Positions 45,651 to 58,104 of a DNA stretch of 64,000 nucleotides are shown piece after piece. The position numbers and the translations under genes were made by a program. This DNA is from the human T2T-CHM13v2.0 reference genome, Homo sapiens. The notes under the pieces were generated by a model. That model was not told the origin of the DNA, did no database searches, and was given only the letters and a program-made list of their open reading frames with translations. Position 1 is the first letter of the stretch. Each line of letters opens with the position of its first letter. Location of the stretch: the NCBI RefSeq assembly GCF_009914755.1, contig NC_060932.1. The stretch is one strand, 5' to 3'.

Positions 45651-47660
45651 TATAACTTCCTTTTAATAAGGATATTCTAGAGTTGTACAAATTATTTCCA
45701 GGTCATTCTGCTAACATGTATGCTAAACACATTTACTTAGTGGTCGATTGCAAAGAAAGATCATCTTCTGAGGTGACACAAAGGAATTTCCACCTTTGTT
45801 TTTACTGTGCATCTGTTGCTTCCTTTTATATTCAAAAATCGTTTAGAGAAGGTTTTAGACTTCATCAGAAAGTGTGGAAACAGGCATCAGGTCTTACTGA
45901 AGACTAAATTAATATATGAATAATAAGTTTACTAACAATAAATGAATATATGAATAAGATATAAAGATTTATCTAGCTTCAACCAGTGAAAGACTTTCAC
46001 ATATTCTTGAATATTCCTAAGACAAAACACAGGTTCCCGAGAAGATTCTCTTGTTCTAAATGCTTCCCAATCAAAGGACTTGACTAAAATCACAAAATAC
46101 AAAATATTTACATAGTAGAGACTGCACGCCCTTTGTATGGATTCCTATATTCATAATTCTTTGTTATTGTATTACCTCTTGTTATTTGTTTGCAAAATTA
46201 TGGTCCTTATACTGCATACTTCAAATAACCAATCCTGTGGACAGAAATCAGCATTTGCAAAAAATTCTGTAACAGTAAGATTATCTGTAATAATGATATG
46301 GAAATAAAGTAAATGGCAAGTAAATGAGTAATTCACCTGCTGTTATATAATGTTTGGTGTTGGTAGAGACTGCCATATTTTAAAAAATCTGTATTTTTTT
46401 GTCATAAATTATCTACCTTGTATTTTCAGTTTTCTTCATAGCCTTAATATATTAAACCAAGAACTGCGTTCTATGATCCTCGTAGAGGACTTAACTATTC
46501 AGGAAACTATAATTTGAACCTAATGTTTGTCTTCATAAAAAACTCTATCATCATTATACTTAGCAATATCAATTAAATTTAAATACACATTTTAAAGTTC
46601 TAGTTCTTACAGACTTTACATCTAGAATTGCTGTCAGAACATAAATTATTCATATAGATAAATGAGAACATAATTAGTTTTATTTATTTGACAAGATCTA
46701 ATTATTTTCATTGATGTTTCATGTTCAACAGAGTCTGGGTACAGCTTACTATTAGAACTTAGTATAGAAAGATTATCTAAATTCAAAAGATAAAAACTGA
46801 TTACATTGTACACATTGAATTGTCCTTCCACATCTTCTTTATATTTAAAATTACAAATGTATGACTATTTGCTACATTCTTTTTTTAGAGAAGCCCACCA
46901 AACTTCAACAATTCTAAGTGGTCATAGCACAGTAATTTTATAATTATACAGTTATAAACTATTTTGTATAATATTAAGGCACAGTTTTAATATTTAACAC
47001 CACAATTAATTGTTCATGGTTCATTGCCCCACAAAATAATAATTTTAGTCACATAAAGGAAACTATACATTTAGGTAATTGTGCAAATGGATTTCATTTA
47101 ATTATTTCTAAAACAGTTAAAATTCACAGCTCAATTTAAAGGTGATGGATTGTACATAATTTGTTCCCTTTTTATTGATTATAGATTAGAGATAAAATTA
47201 CCTCATGAGACATTTTTTTCTTTTGCCCCTGGCTTCAGAATCTGTTATTCTAAATGCACACTGATTGAATCCACAATGTCCTTTTGTCACAGCATGTTTC
47301 TGGCTTTTAACATTTTTCTGCTTATGTAATTACATATTTTAAGAAGATACATTAATTAGTAAACATTCTGGAGCATTCAGGGATTTAGGAGGAATTTATT
47401 GTAGATAATGATATGTTTTAACTATTTGTCACTATGTATAAGCTAAAGTTACTCATTTGCTACAAAAACTGGTTCACAAAAAATCTTTCATTTGCTCTAT
47501 TATGATCATCTAGTCTTATATATAGAATCATACATTTTTAAGTTGTGATGAACTTCAGAAATTATCCACTTATTTTAAGGATAAATTGAAATATGATAGT
47601 GGAGATACTGTGTTAACAGATCTTTTAAATTCTAAATTTATCACTTGCTGGATAGATTAC

Positions 47661-48095
47661 TGTATTAGTTCTTATCATTGCTATAACAAATAACTACAAA
47701 CTTAGTGACTTAAAACAATGTAGTTTTATTTTCTTAAAGTTATGGATGCCAGGAGTCCAAAATCATGGTATTCCTTCTAGAGGCTTTAGGAGAAAATCTG
47801 TTTCCTGGCCTTTCCCAGCTTCTAGCAGCTGTTTTCATTCCTTGGTTCACAGTGTATCACTCCAACTTCTAGTTCTGTCACTATATCTCTTTTCTAACTC
47901 TGATTCCTTTGCTTCCTGCTTATAAGGAAATGTATGATTCTGTCAGCCCCAACTGGCTAATCCAGGATCACCTCCCCATCTTAAAATACTTAATCACATA
48001 TACAAAGCCTCCTTTACCACGTAAGTAAATTGACTCACAGGTTCCATGGATTCAGACTTGGAGCATCTTTGTGGGGTCATAGTTCAGCCTACCGT
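47661..48095 (-). mobile_element. MLT1D-like MaLR solo LTR
   Basis: tgtattagtt...tgctataacaaataactacaaacttagtgacttaaaacaa...taatccaggatcacctccccatc...gttcagcctacc. Confidence 0.85.
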
Positions 48096-50285
48096 GGTTT
48101 ACTTCATACTATCTGTAAAAAAGCCATCCATACTAAATTTATAGAGTTATTTTCAAACTCCACAAGATTCTGTTCTCTCTCTTAGCAAGATTATTTCTCA
48201 TTCTGCATTCTCTATTCTGTTCCATTGGTCTATGTGCCTATTTTTATACCAATACCATGCTATTTTGGTGACTGTGGCCTTACAGTATAGCTTGAAATCA
48301 GGTAATGTGATGCCTCCAGATTTGTTCTTTTTGCTTAGTCTTGCTTTGGCTATGTGGGCTTTTTATTTGTTCCATATGAATTTAAGGATTGTTTTTCTAG
48401 TTCTTTAAAGAATAATGATGGTATTTTGATGGGAATTGTATTGAATTTATAGATTGCTCTTGGCAGTATGGTCATTTTCACAATATTATTCTACCCATCC
48501 ATAAGCATGGGATGTGTTTCCATTTGTTTGTATTATTTATGACTTCTTTCAGCTGCGTTTTGTAGTTTTCCTTGTAGAGGTCTTTTACCTCTTTGCTTAT
48601 GTATAGTCCTAAGAATTTTATTTTTATTTGTATTTTCATTTTGCACCTTTTGTAAAAGGGGTTGAGTTCTTAATTTGATTCTCAGCTTGGTCACTGTTGG
48701 TGTGTAGCAGCGATACTGATTTGTGTACATTGATTTTGTATCCCAAAATTTTACTGAATTCATTTATCAAATCTAGGAGCTTTTTGGATGAGTCTTTTGG
48801 GTTTTCTAGGTATATAATCATATCATCAGTGAACAGCAACAGTTAGACTTCCTCTTTACCACTTTTGATGCATTTTTTTTCCTTGTCTGATTGCTCTGGT
48901 TAGGACTTCCAGTACTACGTGAAATAGAAGCAGTGAAAGTGGGTATCCTAGTCTTGTTCCAGTTCTCAGGGGAAAGCTTTCAACTTTTCCCCGTTCAGTA
49001 TAATGTTGGCTGTGGGTTTGTCATAGATGGCTGTTATTATGTTAAGGTAGGTCCCTTCTATGTTGATTTTGCTATGGGTTTTAATCATAAAGGGATGTTG
49101 GATTTTGTCAAATGCTTTTTCTGTCTCTATTGAGATGATCATGTGATTTTAGTTTTTAATTCTGTTTATGTGGTATATCACATTTATTGACTTGTATATG
49201 TTAAATCAACCTTGTATTCTTGATGTGAAACCCATTTGATCATGGGGTATTATCTTTTTGATATGCTGTTGCATTCTGTTAGCTGGTTTTATTTGTTGAG
49301 ACTTTTTGTATCTATGTTTATTAGTGATATTGGTCTGTAGTTTTCTTTTTTTGTTATGTCCTTTCCTGGCTTTGGTATTTGGGTAATACTAGCTTCACAG
49401 AATGATATAAGAAGCAGTTCCTCTTTCTATCTTTTGGAATAGTTTCGGTGGGATTGGTACAAATTGTTCTTTGAATGTATGATAGAATTCAGCTGTGAAT
49501 CCATCTGGTCCTGGACTTTTGTTTTGTAGGCAATATTTTTATTACTGTTTCAATCTTGCTACTTGTTATTGGTCTGTTCAGAGTTTCTATTTCTTCCTAC
49601 TTTAGGAGAGTTTTATAAATTCAGGAATTTATCAATCTCCTCTAGGTTTTCTAGTTTGTGCACCTAAAGGTGTTCATAGTAGTCTTGAATGATCTTTTAT
49701 ATTTCTGTGGTATCATTTGTTATATCTCCCATTTCATTTCTAATTGAGTTATTTGGATCTTCTCTCTTCTCTTTTTGGTTAATATTGCTAATGGTCTATT
49801 GATTTTGTTTATGATTTCAAAGAACCAGCTTTTGTTTCAGTTATCTTTTGTATTGTTTTTGTTATTTCCATTTCATTTATTTCTGCTCTGATCTTTGTTA
49901 TTTATTTTCTTCTGCTGGGTTTGGATTTGTTTTGTTCTTGTTTCTGTTTCCTTGAAGTGTGAGCTTAGATTATCTATTTGAGTTCTTTCAGACTTTTTGA
50001 TGTAGGCATTTAATGTTATTAACTTTTCTTTTAGTACCGCTTTTGCTGTATCCCAGATGGTTTGATAGGTTATGTCACTTTATCTTTCAGTTCAAATAAT
50101 TTTTGAATTTCCATCTTGACTTCACTGTTGACCCAAAGGAGCAGATTATTTAATTTACATCATGTATTTGTAAAATTTTGAGGGTTCCCTTTAGAGTTAA
50201 TTTCCAATTTCATTCCAGTGTGATCTGAGAGAGTATTTAATATAATTTCAATTTTCTTCAATTTATTGAGACTTGTTTTGTGGCC

Positions 50286-50688
50286 TTTCATGCACGCCCG
50301 TGTGAAGAGACCACCAAACAGGCTTTGTGTGAGCAACAAGGCTGTTTATTTCACCTGGGTTCAGGCAGGCTGAGTCTGAAAAGAGAGTCAGCAAAGGGAG
50401 ATGGGGTGGGGCCGCTTTATAGGATTTGGGTAGGTAAATGAAAAAAGGGGGTTGTTCTTTGGCGGTCAGGAGTGGGGGTCACAAGGTACTCACTGGGGGA
50501 GCTTTTGAGCCAGGATGAGCCAGGAGAAGGAATTTCACAAGACAATGTCATCAGTTAAGGCAGGAACAGGCCATTTTCACTTCTTTTGTGGTGGAATGTC
50601 ATCAGTTAAGGCAGGAACTGGCCATCTGGATGTGTATGTGCAGGTCACAGGGGATATAATGGCTTAGCTTGGGCTCAGAGGCCTGACA
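50286..50688 (-). promoter_or_regulatory. HERV-H 3' LTR (LTR7); polypurine tract at 50689-50701
   Basis: Minus strand reads tgtcaggcctctgagcccaagc...tataaa...aataaa...catgaaa, preceded by aagaagacaggaa. Confidence 0.95.
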
Positions 50689-51699
50689 TTCCTGTCTTCT
50701 TATATTAATAAGAAAAATAAAATGAAATAGTTGTAAAGTGTTGGGACGGCGAAAATTTTTGGGGGTGGTATGGATGGGCGATATTTCTCAGGGCTGCTTT
50801 GAGCAGGATTAGGGGCGGCATGAGAACCTAGAGTGGGAGAGATTAAGCTGAAGGAAGATTTTGTGGTAAGGGGTGATATTGTGGGGTTGTTAGAAGAAAC
50901 ATTTGTCATTTAGAATTATTGGTGATGGCCTGGATACAGTTTTGTATGAATTGAAAAACTAAATGGAATAAGAGAAGGAGAAAAACAGGTATAAAAGGTC
51001 TAAGAATTGGGAGGACCTAGGACATCTGATTAGAGAGTGCCTAAGGAGATTCAGCATAGTCCTGCTAGCAAAGATTATTTATTTACTTCAAGAGTTTAGC
51101 GTGGCAGTTTGGGGATAGCATGACGAGATATCAGCTGTGATGGCTTGGAGAAACAGTGTAAACTGGCAGTGTAAACAAGAGCAGAGCATGTATGAGTAGT
51201 TGAGAATGGTGAATAGGAGTATGACTAGACAGAAGATAGTAGGGATGACAAGTTTTTTGGGGCACAGTCTAAGTTGGTCTGGTGTCTGGAATGAGACTGG
51301 GGCCTAATAAAAAGGAGTATCTATACAGGAGCTCAAATGGGCTGTACCTTGTAGCATTCTGAGGACAGGTCTGACTTCTGAGAAGGGAAAGTGGTAAAAG
51401 TATTGTCCAGTCCTTTTTAAATTGGTGGCTGAGCTTGGTGAGGTGTGTTTTTAAAAGACCATTAGTCTGTTCTACTTTTCCTGAAGACTGAGGATTGTAA
51501 GGGATATAAAGGTTTCACTGAATACTAAGAGCCTGAAAAAATGCTTGGCTGATTTGACTAATAAAGGCCAGTCTGCTATTGGACTGTATAGAGGTGGGAA
51601 GGCCAAACTGAGGAATTATGTCTGACAGAAGGGAAGAAATGACTACGGTGGTCTTCTCAGACCCTGTAGGAAAGGCCTTTACTTATTCAATCAAAGTGT

Positions 51700-53546
51700 C
51701 TACTTAGACTAAGAAGTATTTTAGTTTCCTGACTCGGGGCATGTGAGTAGGGCTAATTTGCCAGTGCTGGGTGGGGGCAAATCCCTGAGCTTGATGTGTA
51801 GGGAAGGGAGGGGACCTGAATAATCCCTGAGGGGTAATAGAATAGCAGATGGAACGCTGAAAAGTTATTTCCTTGAGGATAGATTTCCAGGATGGAAAGG
51901 AAATGAGAGGTTCTAAGAGACGGGCTAGAGGCTTGTAACCTAGAGGGAAGAGGTCATGAAATGACGACAGAATAGAATGGGCCTGTGAGGCTGGAAGGAG
52001 GTATTTTCCTCGGTCTGAGAACCATTTGCCTTGTGTGGGAAGAGATTGATAGGTGGAAGTTTCAGCGGGGGAGTAGGTGGGAGTGACCAACATGAAGGAG
52101 AAAAACTGGCTGTGAGGGACAGAAGTTGGAGAGCTAGCTGCTTGTCTAGCCACCTTATCAGCATAAGCGTTGCCTAGAGCAATGGGATCTGATGCCTTTT
52201 GATGCCCCTTGCAGTGAACGACCCCAGCTTCCTTTGGAAGTAAAGTGGCCTTGAGTAGAGTTTTTATTAAATAGGCATTAATGATGGAGGACCCTTGTGT
52301 AGTGAGAAAACCTCTTTCAGCCCATAGGACCGCATGGTGGTGCAGAATATGAAAGGCATATTTAGAATCAGTATAGATATTGACACGTAGTCCTTTTGCA
52401 AGAGTGAGGGCTTGAGTTAAGGCAACTAGTTCGGCTTGCTGAGAGGTAGTGGAGGGGGGCAGAGCAGTAGCCTCAATGATAGCTGTGGAAGATACTATAG
52501 CATAGCCTGCCTTTGCTGGTGAGTGGTGATTAAGCCTGGTGGAACTGCCATCAATAAATCAGGTGTGATCAGGGTGAGAAACAGGGTCAGGTGTGGTATC
52601 CGGAATAATGTGGGAGGCTGGATTGAAGTCCAGGCCAGGAACAATGGTAATTGTGGGACTTAACAAAGAGTGAGTACAGATGAAGGAGCCAGGGAGCAGA
52701 AAGTACATGTGTCAGTTATGAGGAAGAAAATAGATTTTGGAAGTTATGAGAAATGTAGGGAGTGAGTTGAGCATAGTTTGTGATTTTTAGGGCCTCTAAA
52801 AGTATTAAAGCAGCGGCAGCCGCTGCATGCAGACATGAGGGCTAGCCTAAAACAGTAAGATCAAGTTGTTTGCACAGAAAGGCTACAGGGTGAGGTCCTG
52901 GCTCTTGTGTAAGAATTCTGGCTGCAATAACCATGCCTAGGAAGGAAAGGAGTTGTTGTTTTGTAAGGGATTGAGGTTTGGGAGATTAATTGGACACAAT
53001 CAGCAGGGAAAGCACGTGTGTTTTTATGAGAATTATGCCGAGATAGGTAACAGATGAGGATGAAATCTGGACTTGACTGAAGTAATGGGGGCTGTCTGTG
53101 AAGTCTTGCGGCAGTACAGCCCAGGCAATTTGCTAAGCCTAACGGGTGTCAGGATCAGTAAGTGAAAGCAAAGAGAGGCTGGGATGAAGGGTGCAAAGGA
53201 ATAGTAAAGAAAACATGTTTGAAATCCTTAACAGAATAATGGGTTGTAGAGGGAGGTATTGAGGATAGGAGAGTATATGGGTTTGGCACCATGTGGGGAT
53301 AGGCAAAACAATTTGGTTGATAAGGCGCAGATTCTGAACTAACCTGTAAGCCTTGTCTGGTTTTAGGACAGGTAAAATGGGTGAATGGTAAGAAGAGTTT
53401 ATAGGCTTTAAAAGGCCATGCTGTAACAGGCGATTGATAACAGGCTTTAATCCTTTCAAAGCATGCTGTAGGATGGGATATTGGCATTGAGCGGGGTAAG
53501 AGTGATTAGGTTTTAATGGGATGGTAAGGGGTGCATGATCGGTCAC
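51700..53546 (-). pseudogene. pol: HERV-H pol remnants (RT N-terminus, RNase H, part of integrase), frameshifted and deleted
   Basis: [69 protein letters not shown]...[14 protein letters not shown], and integrase-like FPTHQAQGFAPTQHWQI. Confidence 0.9.
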
Positions 53547-53567
53547 TAAGGAGGGAGTAGAGGTGAC

Positions 53568-53927
53568 TTATACTTGTGGGTTAAGGTGGGGAGATATAAG
53601 GGGAGGATGTGAAGGAGGCTTTGAACTCGGAGAAAAGGTGGCAATGAGGTGTGGCTGTAGCCCATGAATAGTCAGGGAAGCAGATAATTTAGTTAAAGTG
53701 ACTCGGCCTAATAAGGGAACTGGGCAGGTGGGGATAACTAAAAAGGAGGGCTTAAAAGAGTATTGTCTAAGTTGGCACCAGAGTTGGGGAGTTTTAAGAG
53801 GTTTAGAAGCCTGGCCGTCAATACCTACAACAGTTATGGAGGCAAGGGAAACAGGCCCTTGAAAAGAAGGTAATGTGGAGTGGGTAGCCTCTGTATTGAT
53901 TAAGAAGGGGACGGACTTACCCTCCAC
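53568..53927 (-). pseudogene. pro: HERV-H protease remnant
   Basis: VPFLINTEATHSTLP (degenerate DTGA active site) and IPTCPVPLLGR. Confidence 0.88.
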
Positions 53928-54006
53928 TGTGAGAGTTACCTAAAGCTCGGCATCCGTGATGGTCTACGGGGCTTTGAGGCGATCAGGCAGCGTCAGTCTT
54001 CAGCTG

Positions 54007-55100
54007 CTAAGCCGAGAAGGAGTCAGTCAGAGAGCCTTGGGCCAGAGTTCCAGGGGCTCTGGTAGTGGCTGCCAGGTGAGTTGAACAGTCGGATTTCCAA
54101 TGGGGTCCCGCACAGATGGGACACGGCTTAGGAGGAATCCTGGGCTGCAGACATTCCTTGGCCTGGTGGTCAGATTTCTGGTAGTTGTGGCAAGCTCCTG
54201 GGGGAGGAGGTTCTGGAGGAATGCCTGGCTGCTCCGGTTCAGGCATTTGGAAGTTCTTGTGTGCTGGAGATATGGCTGGGGTTTGTCTCACAGTGGAGGC
54301 AAAGAATTGCAACTTTTTTCTATTATTATACACCTTGAAGGTGAGGTTAATTAAATGCTGTTGTGGGGTTTGAATGTCAAAATTTAATTTTTGGAGTTTT
54401 ATTTAATGTCGGGAGCAGATTGGGCAATAAAATGTATATTGGGAATAAGACGGCCTTTTGACCTTTTAGGGTCTAGGGCTGTAAAGCGTCTCAGGGTTGC
54501 TGCCGAATAAGCCATGAACTGGGGCTTGGTTTTTTATATTTGATGAAAAAGAGCCTAAACGCTATCTGATTTGGGATAAAGAAAAAGGAGCATTAACCTT
54601 GACTATGCCTTTAGCTCCAGCCACCTTTTTAAGAGTAAATTGCTGGGCGGGTTGGGGAGGGCTAGTCAGGGAATGAAACTGTAAGCCGGACCAGGTGTGA
54701 GGAGGGGAGGTGATAAAAGGATTACAGGGTGGAGGAGCGGAGGCTGAGGAAGAATTGGGACCTAGCTCAGCCTGGTGAGGAAGGGAGAGGTCAGATGGGT
54801 CTGTAGAAAAGGAAGATTAGAAAGACTCAGCAACGCTTGGGGTTGGGACTGAGGGGACAGGCAGGAGGGAAAGAAGGAAGATTTGGGATGAGTTGCATTG
54901 GTCATAGAGACTAGGAAGGGACCAATGTGTAAAAGAATGCCTGGAAGTCAGGCACCTCAGACCGTTTGCCCATTTTATGACAAGAATTATTTAGATCTTG
55001 TAGGACGGAAAAATTGAAAATGCCATTTTCTGGCTATTTGGAACTACTGTCGAGTTTGTATTGGGGTCAAGTGGCATTGCAGAAGGAAATAAGATGCTTA
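54007..55100 (-). pseudogene. gag: HERV-H gag remnant including nucleocapsid zinc knuckles
   Basis: ACHNYQKSDHQAKEC (degenerate) and CPICAGPHWKSDC (CCHC). The 5' boundary is approximate. Confidence 0.8.
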
Positions 55101-55284
55101 GATTTTAGGTCAGGTGAGAGTTGAAGAGGTTTTAAGTTCTTAAGAACACAGGCTAAGGGAGAAGAAGCAGGAATGGAGGGTGGAAGGTTGCCCATAGTGA
55201 AGGAGACAAGCCCAGAGAAAAGAGAGAGTAGAGACACGGAGGGAGGGGTTCGGGGGTTCTTACCCTCCAGAAAAGCGGGAAAGG

Positions 55285-55510
55285 GGTTGGGACACAGAGA
55301 TATGAGGTTGGGGTGTGGAAATAAGGGATTGGGGTGCAGAGATATAAGAGGTTGGGGTGCGGAAATAAGGGATTGGGGCGCAGAGATATAAGAGGTCAGG
55401 GTGCAGAGATATAAGAGGTCGTGGCACGGAAGTAAGGGATTGGGGCACAGAGATAAGAGGTCGGGGCTCAGAAATAAGGGATTGGGGTGCGGAGATATGA
55501 GGTTGGGGTA
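55285..55510. repeat. ~21-22 bp GC-rich tandem repeat in the HERV-H leader
   Basis: Alternating gagatataagaggttggggtgc and gaaataagggattggggtgca units, about 10 copies. Confidence 0.85.
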
Positions 55511-56084
55511 CTTGCCCCTCCGCCAGAAAAGCAGGACTTGCCGCTAAGGGTGAAGGAGAAGGGGTTGGGGGTTTCTTGCCCCCCAGAAAGGTGGAGAAGG
55601 GGTAGAGACATGGAGAGAAGGGGTTGGGGTACTTGCCCCTTCCCCAGAAAAGCAGGACTTCCCGCTAAGGGTGAAGGACCAAGGTAGGCGTCCCTGCGTG
55701 TTCTGACACCTCTGAAACCTGGGTGAATAATCAGAAAGTTGTCCCTGCAATGATTAAACACCAAGGGAAGGTTGTCTTCCCTTGTCCGTGACTGGCGCCG
55801 GAGTTTTGGGTCCATGGATAAAATGTGTCTCCTTTGTCTCTACCAGAAAATGAAAGGAATTGAAATTAAGAGAAGGGAGAGATTGAAGAGTAGAAAGAAG
55901 AAAGTGATTGAGGAATAGTGAGAGAGGTTGGAGAAGAGAGTAAGAAGAGGCCACTTACCCGATTTAAAATTGGTGAGATGTTCCTTGGACTGGTGGGTCT
56001 GAGGATCTGAGGTCATAGGTGGATCTTTTTCACAGAGCAAAGAGCAGGAGGACAGGGGATTGATCTCCCAAGAGAGGTCCCCCG

Positions 56085-56102
56085 ATCCGAGTCACAGCAC
56101 CA
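56085..56102 (-). other. Primer-binding site complementary to tRNA-His
   Basis: Minus strand tggtgctgtgactcggat directly after the 5' LTR; one mismatch to TGGTGCCGTGACTCGGAT. Confidence 0.93.
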
Positions 56103-56104
56103 AA

Positions 56105-56505
56105 TTTCACGTGCGTCCATGTGAAGAGACCACCAAACAGGCTTTGTGTGAGCAACAACTCTGTTTATTTCACATGAGTGCAGGCGGGCTGAGTCCGAAA
56201 AGAGAGTCAGCGAAGGGAGATGGGGTGGGGCTGTTTTATAGGATTTGGGTAGGTAAAGGAAAAAGGGGGGTTGTTCTCTGGTGGGCAGGAGTGGGGGTCA
56301 CAAGGTACTCAGTGGGGGAGCTTTTGAGCCAGGATGAGCCAGGAGAGGGAATTTCACAAGACAGTGTCATCGGTTAAGGCAGGAACAGGCCATTTTCACT
56401 TCTTTTGTGGTGGAATGTCATCAGTTAAGGCAGGAACCGGCCATCTGGATGTGTATGTGCAGGTAACAGGGGATATGATGGCTTAGTGGGCTCAGAGGCC
56501 TGACA
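56105..56505 (-). promoter_or_regulatory. HERV-H 5' LTR (LTR7), putative promoter firing leftwards
   Basis: Direct repeat of 50286-50688 with TATA (cctataaaac) and duplicated type-I repeat. Confidence 0.95.
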
Positions 56506-57339
56506 TGGCCTATCATATTGTCTATCTTGGAGAATGTTCCATGTGCAGATGAAAATATATATATATTATGCAGTTGTTGGGTAGAATGTTCTGTAAATAT
56601 CTGTAAGTCCATTTGTTCTATGGTATAGTTTAAGCCCATTGTTTCTTCGCTGACTTTCTGTCCTGATGACCTGTCTAGTGCTGTCAGTGGGGTATTCACG
56701 TCCCCCACTATTGTTGTGTTGCCATCTATTTTATTTCTTAGGTCTAGTAGTAATTGTTTTATAAATTTGGGAGCTCCAGTGTTAGGTGCATATATGTATA
56801 TATTTCCTTCTTATTTTGGTAGACTGTTTCAGCCATGCAGTGGGGCTACTGGGCTCCAGGCTGATGCTGGGGAATGTTTGCAAAGAGTCCAGTGATGTGA
56901 TTCATCTTCAAGTCTCCCAGCCATGGATACCAGCACCCACTCTGGTGGAGGTGGCAGGGGAGGGAAGTGGACTCTGTGTGGGTCCTTGGTTGTGTTTTGT
57001 TGATTGTACTGGTTTTGTGTTGGTTGGCCTCCCACCAGGAGGTGGCACTTTCAAGAGGCATTTGAAGAAGGTGTGCCTAGGATTTAATAACCACTTTAAG
57101 ATGACAGTGGCACAGAGCATTATTTGGAAAATATATAACTTAGGGAGTAACGGACATACAGGAGCCTTGGAATCAAGGGATGATGGATACTATGGCTATT
57201 TTACTCACCTAGAGAAGAAAGATCAGCAAACTACATGTTTCTAATGTAAAGAATCCAACTGACTAAGTAGGGGACAAACTAATCTGTTTGTTGGAGCCAC
57301 AAGTCATTTGCTATACCTTTATGTTTCAAAAAGATATAT

Positions 57340-57674
57340 AATATGGCTTATAATGATGCTTCAGTCAACAAAGTACTGGATACACAATGGTAGTCCCATA
57401 AGAATATAGTACTGAATTTTTACTGTACATTTTCTGTTTAGGTATGTTTAAATACATAAATCCTTCCCAATATGTTACAATTGCTTACAGTGTTCAGTAT
57501 AGTAACACGCTGTACATGTTTGTAGCCTAGGTTCAATAGGCTACTCCATATGGCCGTGTAGTATGCTATACCATCTAGGTTTGTATAAGTACACTCTACG
57601 ATGTTTGCACAATAAAATTGTCTAACAACAAATTCTCAGAATGTATCCTTGTTGTTAAGTGATACAGGACTATA
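57340..57674. mobile_element. Tigger3a/MER7-like DNA transposon
   Basis: tggtagtcccataaga...ttacaattgcttacagt...tttgtagcctagg...ttctcagaatgtatcc...gttaagtgatacaggact. Confidence 0.85.
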
Positions 57675-57840
57675 TATATAGCATAGCAAGTGACCTGGCA
57701 TGTCCAAAAGACTGGAAATATATCCCAGGGAAAAACCTCCACCTAAACTTTTTTTAGGAAGTTTGTCAGCCATTGCGTGCCCAGCACAGGAGAGGCTGTG
57801 CAACACGGTGATTGGGAAGAAAAAGTTCTATCTTTAGAAT

Positions 57841-57872
<32 letters not shown>

Positions 57873-57935
57873 TGTGTGTGTGTGTGTGTGTGCGCATGTT
57901 TGCACATGTGTGCGTTTGTGTGTGTATGTGTGTGT
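57841..57935. repeat. (GA)n-(GT)n microsatellite
   Basis: Directly visible. Confidence 0.95.
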
Positions 57936-58104
57936 GGTCAATAGAGTTTCAGTATCTTTCATGACATTTTTTTCCATTCTTTTGAATTAAATTACTTTGA
58001 GCTAGGTTTCTACCTTTTGCAGGCCAAACAGCATAGTCTTCTCATCTATTTTTATACTTTTCTTTGAAAAATTACTATCTAGGTGAGTTAATTACATAAT
58101 TAAA

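Larger units (their letters stand above)
50286..56505 (-). mobile_element. HERV-H provirus, near full length, common deleted type lacking a recognisable env
   Basis: Two ~400 bp LTR7, His-tRNA PBS, PPT, gag/pro/pol remnants, and perfect 5 bp TSD TGGCC (50281-50285, 56506-56510). Confidence 0.97.
48200..57060 (-). mobile_element. L1PB-like LINE split by HERV-H: ORF2 at 48200-50285 and 56506-56800, 5'UTR piece at 56820-57060; ORF1 and 3' end missing
   Basis: ORF2 remnants LFTDDMIIYLENPKDSSKKLLDLINEFSK and GDVNTPLTALDRSSGQK. The L1 sequence reads through across the provirus (ttgttttgtggcc|tatcat). Confidence 0.9.

Noticed and set aside
51704-54333. Protease, RT and zinc-knuckle ORFs as functional genes
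   Set aside because: HERV-H remnants with a mutated protease active site, frameshifts and deletions.
55285-55510. CRISPR-like array
   Set aside because: Contiguous degenerate tandem units without unique spacers, inside an ERV leader, with no cas genes and a eukaryotic context.
56085-56102. tRNA gene
   Set aside because: Only the 18 nt retroviral primer-binding site, not a tRNA.
56786-57244. 152 aa ORF
   Set aside because: Largely antisense to an L1PB 5'UTR fragment, GTG start, no recognisable protein.
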